Sequence record: OQ845958.1
Length of the DNA: 64,000 bases
From: Escherichia phage pEC-M719-6WT.2
Strand: one strand, 5' to 3'
The position numbers and the translations under genes were made by a program. Of the stretch, positions 10,640-19,070 are shown in pieces (position 1 is the first letter of the stretch; every line of letters begins with the position of its first letter). Below the pieces are notes generated by a model. It had not been told where the DNA came from. It ran no database searches and worked only from the letters and a program-made list of their open reading frames with translations.

Positions 10640-10664
10640 TGCTTTGTATTAAGGATGATATAAT
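10638..10664 (+). promoter_or_regulatory. MotA-dependent middle promoter (aaTGCTTTG box, 12 nt, TATAAT)
   Basis: MotA-box-like TGCTTTG about 12 nt upstream of TATAAT, just upstream of gp55. Confidence 0.4.
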
Positions 10665-10687
10665 ATTCATATACTAAGCGAGGCGAT

Positions 10688-11245
10688 ATGAACGAAATTA
10701 AATTAACCAAGAATAACTATGTAAATAATAAAGAGCTTCTGAAAGCTATTTCGGAGTGGAAACAGAAGCTGAATGCGAACACCGACCCGAATAAAATTAT
10801 TCGCCAGAACGATGTTATTGGTCTGGCAATTATGCTTATAGCCGAAGGTCTTAGCAAACGTTTCAACTTCTCCGGATATACCCAATCCTGGAAGCAAGAA
10901 ATGATTGCAGACGGAATTGAGGCCGCAATAAAAGGTCTTCATAACTTCGACGAAACAAAATACGATAATCCACATGCTTACATAACAATGGCTTGCTTCA
11001 ATGCTTTCGTTCAGCGTATCAAAAAAGAACGTAAAGAAATGGCAAAGAAATATAGCTACTTCGTTCATAACGTGTATGATTCACGTGACGACGATATGGT
11101 GGCTCTGGCTGATGAAACATTTATCCAGGACATCTATGACAAAATGACACAGTACGAATCCTCTTTAGTTAAAGCGCCAGGGTCTGATAAGAGCGCCAAA
11201 GATAAAGAAGGTGATTTGGATTTTTTATATGGAACATCAATTTGA
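10688..11245 (+). CDS. 55: late-transcription sigma factor gp55
   Basis: 185 aa; long identical runs to remembered T4 gp55 ([35 protein letters not shown]). Confidence 0.92.
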   Translation: MNEIKLTKNNYVNNKELLKAISEWKQKLNANTDPNKIIRQNDVIGLAIMLIAEGLSKRFNFSGYTQSWKQEMIADGIEAAIKGLHNFDETKYDNPHAYITMACFNAFVQRIKKERKEMAKKYSYFVHNVYDSRDDDMVALADETFIQDIYDKMTQYESSLVKAPGSDKSAKDKEGDLDFLYGTSI

Positions 11246-11462
11246 TATTACCGATTTTTTAGATAAAATCGAGGAAGACTTTACTGCGCTCCCATATTTC
11301 ATTAAACTTTATCTGCGAGACATAAAAGGTCTTCCAATTGATATCGACCCTTTAAACGTCCGGAATCTGGAATTTACTTCGCCGGATAATAACGTTGATT
11401 ACCGTTATCATGTGGATAATGCTAATCTATATTTTACAATTGAGTTAACTCCCAAGGATTAA
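11229..11462 (+). CDS. hypothetical protein
   Basis: ORF from internal ATG of track ORF 11211. Confidence 0.4.
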   Translation: MEHQFDITDFLDKIEEDFTALPYFIKLYLRDIKGLPIDIDPLNVRNLEFTSPDNNVDYRYHVDNANLYFTIELTPKD

Positions 11463-11463
11463 T

Positions 11464-11775
11464 ATGCAAGCTCCAGATATTTCTCAACTGACCGATAAGC
11501 AGATTGAAGAAGCACAGGAACGTCTCGAAGAAGCGAACGCGCTCGAAGCACAGAGTCAAGCGGCAAAGATTCTGAAAAAGAATGCTCGTGAAATTGCACG
11601 ACTGAATAAGCATGCTCAAGGGGCAGTGCTGGAAAACAATTTTGAAGCATACAAATATGCTTTAGTTAAACTGCGTGGAATTTACCGCCAACCAGTTACG
11701 GAAGACCTGATTAAGTTGATGTGGGAAACTACTCGCAAACAAATTTGGGAAATCGTAAATGGCATTAGTAAATAA
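11464..11775 (+). CDS. hypothetical protein
   Basis: 103-aa ORF. Confidence 0.45.
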   Translation: MQAPDISQLTDKQIEEAQERLEEANALEAQSQAAKILKKNAREIARLNKHAQGAVLENNFEAYKYALVKLRGIYRQPVTEDLIKLMWETTRKQIWEIVNGISK

Positions 11776-12278
11776 ACCTTTTAAACGGCTTCTTGTTGGA
11801 GCCGCTTTCAGACTTCGCTCATATGGTAATATCTGTATCAAGCAGACTGAAACCGAATATAAAATGGTTGGGCAGTATTCCGATGAAATTTTTCGGATTG
11901 AGCCTGTAGCCAAGGTTTGGGTGGATTCACATCAACTTAAGAAGTGGTGGCAACGATGATAACATGGACTGCTGGTTAATGAATGACGAATACGAAAAAG
12001 TTTAAGAGGTGTATTATGACTATTGATGATGTAGATATTCTTACTTCCGACGAATTAAAACGATTGGGTAATATATTTCAAGACGAACATCCTGATTTTT
12101 AAGAGGTCATATGAATGACGAATTCGACGGATTTTGATAAGATTAAATCTGATAAAAATGAGATGATACTTCAATTTGAAGCCGCTCGTATTAAAGCAGA
12201 AAATGAAGGTACTATTAAATATAAGCCTATCAAGTTCAGGTCTTCTCATGAACCTCTGTATGGTGTATTAATTGGAAA

Positions 12279-12302
12279 GGAAGCCTAGTGCTTCCTTTTT
12301 TG
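12279..12302 (+). terminator. intrinsic terminator hairpin GGAAGC-ctagt-GCTTCC + T-run
   Basis: Perfect 6-bp stem followed by TTTTTTT. Confidence 0.55.
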
Positions 12303-12325
12303 CTTTATATTCGGGATGATAAAAT
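12301..12325 (+). promoter_or_regulatory. MotA-dependent middle promoter (TGCTTTA box, 12 nt, TAAAAT)
   Basis: Canonical MotA box at about -30 with TAAAAT -10, directly after terminator and upstream of gp47. Confidence 0.5.
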
Positions 12326-12345
12326 GAACCAACTGAGGAGAGTAT

Positions 12346-12489
12346 ATGGTATTATTTTTAGGATATGTCGTGTTATTCATGGCATTCTACACATTCACAC
12401 GAGCTTGTTGGATAGGATTCTTTTCTACTCCCGACGGGTTCATTTCAATAATTTTATTTTGCACTGCGATAACGGCGCTTGGCTTATGA
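12346..12489 (+). CDS. small membrane protein overlapping gp47 start
   Basis: 47-aa hydrophobic ORF with SD GAGGAG, ATGA overlap with gp47 start. Confidence 0.3.
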   Translation: MVLFLGYVVLFMAFYTFTRACWIGFFSTPDGFISIILFCTAITALGL

Positions 12490-13505
12490 AAATTTTAAAT
12501 TTAGGCGATTGGCACTTGGGTGTCAAAGCTGACGACCCATGGGCTCAAAACATTCAACGTGATGGTATTTTACAGGCGATTGCATATTCCAAAGCGAATG
12601 GAATTAAAGTCTGGATTCAATATGGTGATATTTTTGACGTCCGTAAGGCCGTAACGCATAAGACAATGGAATTCAGCCGCGAGATTATGGAACTCCTTCG
12701 TGAAGCAGGAATTACTATGCACACGATAGTCGGGAACCATGACATGAATCTGAAGAATAAGATTCATCCTAATGCTATCACTGAACTCCTGAATAAGTAT
12801 GACCATGTTAAAATCTACGACAAGCCAACGACTGTTGATTTTGACGGTTGTCAGATTGATATGATTCCATGGATGTGTGACGAGAACGCGACTGACATTC
12901 ATCAACACATCAAAACTTCTGGTGCCGAATATTGCATCGGTCACTGGGAATTAACCGGGTTTTATTTCTATAAAGGATTGAAATCCCATGGGCTTGAGCC
13001 CGATTTCCTTAAGAAGTACAAGCAAGTTTGGTCTGGGCACTTCCATACCATTTCGGAAGCTGCGAACGTTAAGTACATAGGGACACCATGGACATTAACA
13101 GCAGGTGATGAGAATGACCCGCGCGGATTCTGGGAATTTGATACAGAAACCGAAGAGATGAAATTTATTCCGAATGAAACCACCTGGCATCGGAAGATTT
13201 TTTATCCAAACGAAACTATTAACTACGACGACTTCAAAGACTTATCAGTCCGTGTTATTGTAGAAAAAGTCGATAAAGACCTGACCAAGTTCGAATCTGA
13301 ATTAGAAAAGCGTGTACATGAATTGCGTGTTGTCAATAAGGTTGATAACAGTGTTGATACGACTGACTCCGAAGAAGAGTTAGACATAAAACGCTTAACT
13401 GATATGATGGCAGAATATATTGATGCATTACCTGACACCAATGAGAAAGAATCAAAAGCTCTTAAAGCATTGGCCAACAAATTATATCTTGAGGTGCAAC
13501 CGTGA
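12486..13505 (+). CDS. 47: recombination nuclease subunit gp47 (Mre11-like)
   Basis: 339 aa from MKILNLGDWHLG..., phosphoesterase motifs GDIFD, GNHD; matches remembered T4 gp47 length and N-terminus. Confidence 0.9.
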   Translation: MKILNLGDWHLGVKADDPWAQNIQRDGILQAIAYSKANGIKVWIQYGDIFDVRKAVTHKTMEFSREIMELLREAGITMHTIVGNHDMNLKNKIHPNAITELLNKYDHVKIYDKPTTVDFDGCQIDMIPWMCDENATDIHQHIKTSGAEYCIGHWELTGFYFYKGLKSHGLEPDFLKKYKQVWSGHFHTISEAANVKYIGTPWTLTAGDENDPRGFWEFDTETEEMKFIPNETTWHRKIFYPNETINYDDFKDLSVRVIVEKVDKDLTKFESELEKRVHELRVVNKVDNSVDTTDSEEELDIKRLTDMMAEYIDALPDTNEKESKALKALANKLYLEVQP

Positions 13506-13765
13506 AACTTTATGATTTTAATGAAGCGGGTCTTGAACATATCCGCGAATGTGATGTGGTCGACGACGATAATCAACCGAATACTATTAAGTATTGGTTT
13601 GAAGCTATCACTGACCGGGAAACCGGTCAACTTATCAAAGTCTATGTAGTCACCGATTGGGCCGTGGAATTTAGCTTTAATGTAATGGTAGATGATACTC
13701 CAGAAACATTAATTCATATGGCTGAATCATGCATCAAGGATGCTTATAATGATGAAAATGTATAA
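13502..13765 (+). CDS. hypothetical protein
   Basis: 87-aa ORF between gp47 and gp46. Confidence 0.45.
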   Translation: MKLYDFNEAGLEHIRECDVVDDDNQPNTIKYWFEAITDRETGQLIKVYVVTDWAVEFSFNVMVDDTPETLIHMAESCIKDAYNDENV

Positions 13766-13964
13766 ACATGATTTTCATATTGGCGATGGCTGGTTCGGTA
13801 ATGTAGAATGGGACGTGGATGGTTCTTGGTATACCGGAACTATGTATGTCACTTCTGAATATTCTGAAGGTGTTTCATGGGCCATGGAACTTGACGACGT
13901 GTTTGCTTCTTCCGAAGAAATGCTAGAATATGCTGAACAAACAATTCGTGAGAACAATACATGA
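13740..13964 (+). CDS. hypothetical acidic protein
   Basis: 74-aa ORF. Confidence 0.4.
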   Translation: MLIMMKMYKHDFHIGDGWFGNVEWDVDGSWYTGTMYVTSEYSEGVSWAMELDDVFASSEEMLEYAEQTIRENNT

Positions 13965-15643
13965 AAACGTTTAAGCTAAAGAAAGTCATCTACAAAAATA
14001 TTATGTCGGTTGGTGCTCAACCGATTACTGTTGAACTGGATAAAGTCCAAAAAACTCTGGTCACCGGCAAGAATGGTGCGGGTAAATCTACGTTCCTTGA
14101 AGCGGTTACCTTTGCTATGTTCGGTAAGCCTTTCCGTGATGTAAAGAAAGGCCAGTTGATTAACTCGAGCAACAAAAAAGATATGCTCGTTGAATTGTGG
14201 ATGGAATATGATGGAAAAGAATACTATATCAAACGCGGGCAAAAACCCAATGTTTTTGAAATCTCTTGTGGCGGTAAACGTCTTGATGAATCTGCCAGCA
14301 GTAAAGACTTCCAAGCGGAATTTGAACAGCTTATCGGAATGTCATACGCCAGTTTCAAACAAATTGTCGTACTCGGCACAGCTGGATATACCCCTTTTAT
14401 GGGCCTATCCACTCCTGCCAGAAGAAAGCTTGTCGAAGACCTTTTAGAGGTTTCTGTACTGGCCGATATGGATAAGCTGAACAAATCTCTTATCCGCGAA
14501 GTCAATAGCCAAATCCAGGTAATGGATGTGCAGCATGATGGTATCGTTCAACAGATTAAAATCTATCAGGACAACGAAGACCGTCAAAGAAAATTGTCAG
14601 GTGATAATCTGTTGCGACTGCAAACGATGTATGATGAACTTGCTACAGAAGCACGTGGAATCAAGGCAACTATCGAAGAAGCAACAACAAGACTGACCGA
14701 GATAATTTTGGGAGAAGACCCCGAGCACGAACTCACAAAGTTAAAGCAGGAATCATTCCTGATTAAATCGAAGATTGACGATTACCGAAAGGTTGTTGGT
14801 CTGTACGAGAAGGGCGGTTGTTGTCAGACTTGTGCCAGTCAGTTACATCCAGGAGACCCTATTGTCGCCAGGATTGAGTCAAAGATTGAAGAATGTAATG
14901 CATCAGCTGATAAGCATAAAGCTCGCCAGAATGCTGTTCAAGAGCAATTTGATGCGTATACCAAGGCAAGACAAAACCAGCGTACAATAGCTCAAGACAT
15001 TCAAACTAAGAAACAAACCTTAGTCCAGACTGTCGAAAAAGCTAAAAAGGTTAAAGCATTAATTGAGCAGGCCAAGTCAGAATTCATTGACCACGCAGCA
15101 GACATTAAAATGCTTCAAGACCAGCTTGATAAAATAGTCAAACAGAAATCTGACCTTGTGATGGAAAAATATCAACGTGGTATCCTAACGGATATGTTGA
15201 AAGATTCTGGTATCAAGGGCGCGATTATTAAGAAATATATTCCCATCTTTAATAAGCAGATAAACGCTTATCTTAAAGTTATGGAAGCTGATTATAGCTT
15301 TACGTTAGATGAAGAGTTCAACGAAACGATTAAATCTCGTGGGCGTGAAGACTTTAGCTATGCATCATTTAGCCAGGGTGAAAAAGCTCGTATAGATATT
15401 GCATTGCTGTTTACATGGCGCGATATTGCGGCAAAAGTATCTGGTGTTAATATTAACACATTGATTCTGGATGAAGTTTTTGACTCGGCCACAGATGTAG
15501 AGGGTGTTAAAGCAATTGCTACCATCCTGAACAAATTGGAAGACACCAACATCTTTATCATCAGTCACCGAGACCATGACCCGGAAGCATACGGACAACA
15601 TCTCCAGATGAAAAAAGTTGGTCGATTCACTGTTATGGAATAA
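13961..15643 (+). CDS. 46: recombination ATPase gp46 (Rad50/SbcC-like)
   Basis: 560 aa, Walker A GKNGAGKST, coiled-coil middle, CxxC hook (CCQTC), C-terminal signature. Confidence 0.9.
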   Translation: MKTFKLKKVIYKNIMSVGAQPITVELDKVQKTLVTGKNGAGKSTFLEAVTFAMFGKPFRDVKKGQLINSSNKKDMLVELWMEYDGKEYYIKRGQKPNVFEISCGGKRLDESASSKDFQAEFEQLIGMSYASFKQIVVLGTAGYTPFMGLSTPARRKLVEDLLEVSVLADMDKLNKSLIREVNSQIQVMDVQHDGIVQQIKIYQDNEDRQRKLSGDNLLRLQTMYDELATEARGIKATIEEATTRLTEIILGEDPEHELTKLKQESFLIKSKIDDYRKVVGLYEKGGCCQTCASQLHPGDPIVARIESKIEECNASADKHKARQNAVQEQFDAYTKARQNQRTIAQDIQTKKQTLVQTVEKAKKVKALIEQAKSEFIDHAADIKMLQDQLDKIVKQKSDLVMEKYQRGILTDMLKDSGIKGAIIKKYIPIFNKQINAYLKVMEADYSFTLDEEFNETIKSRGREDFSYASFSQGEKARIDIALLFTWRDIAAKVSGVNINTLILDEVFDSATDVEGVKAIATILNKLEDTNIFIISHRDHDPEAYGQHLQMKKVGRFTVME

Positions 15644-15678
15644 TGTTTTAAAACAAGGATGTTATAATAGAGGCTATT

Positions 15679-15870
15679 ATGGCTGACTTCTTAACCGGGC
15701 AGCATTTATTGGCTGTCCCTGAAATTAAACGGTATGTGTTAGTTAATACCTTTTCGAAAGATGAACACCTTGTCACTGAACGTGACTTGCAAAACGCTTT
15801 CGGTGAAGAATATGTTAAAATAATCGCGAACAGACACAATGCCTGGTTCGCATATGAATACTTTGATTAA
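15679..15870 (+). CDS. hypothetical protein
   Basis: 63-aa ORF. Confidence 0.4.
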   Translation: MADFLTGQHLLAVPEIKRYVLVNTFSKDEHLVTERDLQNAFGEEYVKIIANRHNAWFAYEYFD

Positions 15871-15894
15871 TTGATAATGAATAGAGAGAATATT

Positions 15895-16302
15895 ATGAAC
15901 AACGTAACTGCTAAAGATATCCAAGTTAAAACCATCCGCACCGACGCTAACCCGCATAACCAAAACCGTGTTCGTAAATCCTGGGTTCTGGCCTGTGATG
16001 AAGCATCTGCTACCCGTCTGCAGTCTCTGCCGCAAGAAATTAAATTTATGCTGTATGGTGTGATTGATACTGATGTATCTGATAAGTGGATTGAACTGAT
16101 GCGTAATCACTATAACGATTCACTGGCTGCTGGTGCTAAACTGGTTATCGACCGTGACGGTTCCGAACGTCTTGAAGATGATTATTGCGTTAACTCTGAT
16201 GACCATCTGGTGCAAGCTGGTTCTATTATTGCTGCACAACTTCCAGAGTATATTGAATCTCTTCCGGAAGCTATCCGCAAACAAATGGCAGTTGTTGCTT
16301 AA
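15895..16302 (+). CDS. RpbA-like RNA polymerase-binding protein (by position)
   Basis: 135-aa ORF between gp46 and gp45 where T4 carries rpbA; SD GAGAG before ATG. Confidence 0.4.
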   Translation: MNNVTAKDIQVKTIRTDANPHNQNRVRKSWVLACDEASATRLQSLPQEIKFMLYGVIDTDVSDKWIELMRNHYNDSLAAGAKLVIDRDGSERLEDDYCVNSDDHLVQAGSIIAAQLPEYIESLPEAIRKQMAVVA

Positions 16303-16329
16303 TTTTTGATTTGAATAAAAGGTAATTAA

Positions 16330-17025
16330 ATGAAATTCTCTAAAGACACTATCGCAGTTCTGAAAAACTTCACTTCCATTTACTCTGGCATTATGCTTAA
16401 GCCAGGTAATACCATCCTGACTCGTTCCGTAACTGGAGCGTCATATGGCGAAGCCGAAATCAATGATACAATTGACTTTGAAGCTGCAATTTATGACCTA
16501 AACGGCTTCTTAAGTATCCTGGGCCTGGTAACTGACCAAGCTGAAGTATCTCTGGCTGAAGATGCATCAAACATCATTATCAAAGACCAACGTTCAACGA
16601 TTCACTGGCCTGCTGCAGACCCGAGCACTATCGTGTTCCCTGCTAAGAAGATTCCTTTCCCGGTAGCTAAGGTTATTTTCGACCTGAAAGGTAGTGACCT
16701 GCAACAGCTTCTGCGTGTGGCTGGTGGTTTGTCTCTGGATACTTTTGCAATCACCAACAAAGACGGTAAGATTGTTATCCATGGTTATAATCAGCTCGAA
16801 GATAAAGAGTTAGCGCGTCCATTGTATTCCCTGGTGTGTGGCGATTACGAAGGTGATGCAGCGTTTAAATTTATCATTAACAAACTGAACATGAAAATGA
16901 TTCCGGCTGATTATCGTGTTATGCTTTGGGCAAAAGATGATAAATTTGCTACGAAGTTTGAAGGCACACAAGCAAGCTATGTGATTGCAATGGAACAAGG
17001 CTCTAGCCACGAATTCCAAGATTAA
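16330..17025 (+). CDS. 45: sliding clamp gp45
   Basis: 231 aa; MKFSKDTIAVLKNFTSIYSGIMLK... strongly matches remembered T4 gp45. Confidence 0.95.
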   Translation: MKFSKDTIAVLKNFTSIYSGIMLKPGNTILTRSVTGASYGEAEINDTIDFEAAIYDLNGFLSILGLVTDQAEVSLAEDASNIIIKDQRSTIHWPAADPSTIVFPAKKIPFPVAKVIFDLKGSDLQQLLRVAGGLSLDTFAITNKDGKIVIHGYNQLEDKELARPLYSLVCGDYEGDAAFKFIINKLNMKMIPADYRVMLWAKDDKFATKFEGTQASYVIAMEQGSSHEFQD

Positions 17026-17081
17026 TAAATGGGGCTTCGGCCCCATGGAGTACAAAGTAGAAACTAATATGAGGAAAATAT

Positions 17082-18041
17082 ATGTTAACGGTTAATGACA
17101 AAGAATTCATGTGGGAACAAAAATACCGTCCAGGTACATTATCAGAGTGTATTCTCCCGGCTCATGATAAAGAAACATTAGAGGCGATTGTTAAAAAAGG
17201 TTTAATTCCTAACTTGATTCTGGTCAGTAGTTCCCCTGGTACTGGTAAGACAACAGTTGCAAAAGCTATGTGCGCAGATACGAATTCTGATATGCTGTTT
17301 GTTAACGGCTCCGATTGTCGAATTGACTTTGTGCGTAATGAATTGACTCGCTTTGCATCATCTAAATCAATCGAAGGTCGCCGCAAGGTAATTGTTATCG
17401 ATGAGTTCGACCGCGCGGGTCTGGCTGAATCACAACGACACCTTCGTAGCTTTATGGAAGCTTATTCGAGCAACTGTTCAATCATTATGACCGCGAACAA
17501 TATCGATGGCATCATCACTCCGCTGCAGTCTCGTTGTCGCGTAATTAAGTTTGGTGAAGCAACTCCAGCTGACCAGACCACTATGATGAAAGAAATGATT
17601 CATCGTGCAGTCGCGATATGTAAAAACGAAGGCGTTGAAATCGAAGACCTGAAAGTTGTTGCTGCTCTGGTTAAGCATAACTTCCCGGACCTGCGTAAGA
17701 CAATTAATGAGCTTGACCGTTACTCTGCAAAGGGTGTTATCGATTCCGGTATTCTGAGCATCGTGACAAACAATCGCACGCCAATTGATGATGTGATTGA
17801 TGCCCTTAAGGACCGTAACTTTAAAGTTCTCCGTGGCCTGGCTCCTAAGCATGCAAATGATTATTCAAGCTTCATTGCAAAGCTGGCTGATGAAATGTAT
17901 GGCAAACTGACTGGTGCAAGCATCATCCGTATGTATGAGATTGTGGGTGAGAATAATCAGTACCATGGCATTGCAGCCAATACCGAAGTTCACTTGACTT
18001 ATCTGTTTGCTCAACTGGCTGGGGAAATGAAATGGCTGTAA
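17082..18041 (+). CDS. 44: clamp loader ATPase subunit gp44
   Basis: 319 aa AAA+ with Walker A SSPGTGKTT and DEFD. Confidence 0.93.
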   Translation: MLTVNDKEFMWEQKYRPGTLSECILPAHDKETLEAIVKKGLIPNLILVSSSPGTGKTTVAKAMCADTNSDMLFVNGSDCRIDFVRNELTRFASSKSIEGRRKVIVIDEFDRAGLAESQRHLRSFMEAYSSNCSIIMTANNIDGIITPLQSRCRVIKFGEATPADQTTMMKEMIHRAVAICKNEGVEIEDLKVVAALVKHNFPDLRKTINELDRYSAKGVIDSGILSIVTNNRTPIDDVIDALKDRNFKVLRGLAPKHANDYSSFIAKLADEMYGKLTGASIIRMYEIVGENNQYHGIAANTEVHLTYLFAQLAGEMKWL

Positions 18042-18610
18042 GTCTCTTTGATGATGACGTTCAATTAAACGAACATGAGGTTGCGTGGAAATCACGCGAC
18101 TTTAACAAAATTCAGGAATTGTCCGATTCATACAAAGAGAAAGCAGAAAATGAATTGTTCGCGATTCTTAATGATATAACCGTTAGTAAAAAACCACGAA
18201 ACCTGATTCAATCGGAAAACTACAATAAATTCTGGTTAGAAAACGCATTGAGCCAGCATGTCGATTGCATCATGCAGGTGAACGTGATGAACTTAATCGG
18301 TTCCGGGTTAACAGACCAACAGCATTATAATTATTTGCTGCATGCGGTTCCACAAGGCAAGCGTTATGGCAAATGGGCTAAGGCTGAGCCGGATGTAGTC
18401 AGCGTCCAGCTTGTGTTAAAGCTTTTAATGAAATATTATACAATTAATGCAGATGATGCTTTGATGTATATGGAAACATTGAAAGTCAAAGGTAGTCTTA
18501 AAGATGTTTTGAAAAAGACAAAAGGTCTGGTAACGGATGAATTCTTAAAGACCGTTACCAGTAATGTGAAAGAACAAAAAGAAATTAAAAAACAAATATT
18601 GGAATGGTAA
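18032..18610 (+). CDS. 62: clamp loader subunit gp62
   Basis: 192-aa ORF overlapping gp44 stop, before regA. Confidence 0.8.
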   Translation: MAVSLFDDDVQLNEHEVAWKSRDFNKIQELSDSYKEKAENELFAILNDITVSKKPRNLIQSENYNKFWLENALSQHVDCIMQVNVMNLIGSGLTDQQHYNYLLHAVPQGKRYGKWAKAEPDVVSVQLVLKLLMKYYTINADDALMYMETLKVKGSLKDVLKKTKGLVTDEFLKTVTSNVKEQKEIKKQILEW

Positions 18611-18611
18611 A

Positions 18612-18980
18612 ATGATTGAAATTACATTAAAGCAACCTGAAGACTTCCTGAAAGTTAAAGAAACTCTGACCCGTATGGGCATCGCAAATAATAAAGACCG
18701 TGTACTGTACCAGAGCTGCCACATCCTCCAGAAGCAAGGTCGTTACTATATTGTTCACTTCAAAGAAATGCTGCGCATGGATGGTCGCCAGGTGGATATT
18801 GATGGTGAAGACTATCAGCGCCGTGATTCCATCACTCAACTGCTCGAAGACTGGGGCTTAATCACTATCAAAGAAGAAGAGCGTAATGAATTGTTCGCAG
18901 TAACAAACAACTTCCGTGTTATCTCCTTTAAACAAAAAGACGACTGGAAGCTCGTAGCCAAATATACAATTGGTAATTAA
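18612..18980 (+). CDS. regA: translational repressor RegA
   Basis: 122 aa, MIEITLKQPEDFLKVKETLTRMGIANNKD... near-identical to remembered T4 RegA. Confidence 0.93.
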   Translation: MIEITLKQPEDFLKVKETLTRMGIANNKDRVLYQSCHILQKQGRYYIVHFKEMLRMDGRQVDIDGEDYQRRDSITQLLEDWGLITIKEEERNELFAVTNNFRVISFKQKDDWKLVAKYTIGN

Positions 18981-18990
18981 TTTAAAGCAA

Positions 18991-19009
18991 AGGGACTTCG
19001 GTCCCTTTT
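18991..19009 (+). terminator. hairpin AGGGAC-ttcg-GTCCCT with short T-run
   Basis: UUCG tetraloop hairpin after regA; only 4 T. Confidence 0.4.
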
Positions 19010-19040
19010 GTAGTATAATAGCGTCAAGTCATAAAACAAA

Positions 19041-19064
19041 AGTCAATCACTCGACTATAAAGGA
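19041..19064 (+). promoter_or_regulatory. putative gp43 translational operator (hairpin + SD)
   Basis: AGTC-aatcactc-GACT hairpin then UAUAAAGGA SD region before gp43 ATG; resembles the T4 gene 43 operator. Confidence 0.45.
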
Positions 19065-19070
19065 AACCAA

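Noticed and set aside
12288-12485. N-terminal extension of gp47 from the upstream track start
   Set aside because: Would run through the terminator and MotA promoter; the ATG at 12486 gives the 339-aa protein matching T4 gp47.
17029-17046. Hairpin ATGGGGC-ttcg-GCCCCAT between gp45 and gp44 as a terminator
   Set aside because: No T-run follows and gp44 must be co-transcribed; more likely an mRNA stability or processing structure.
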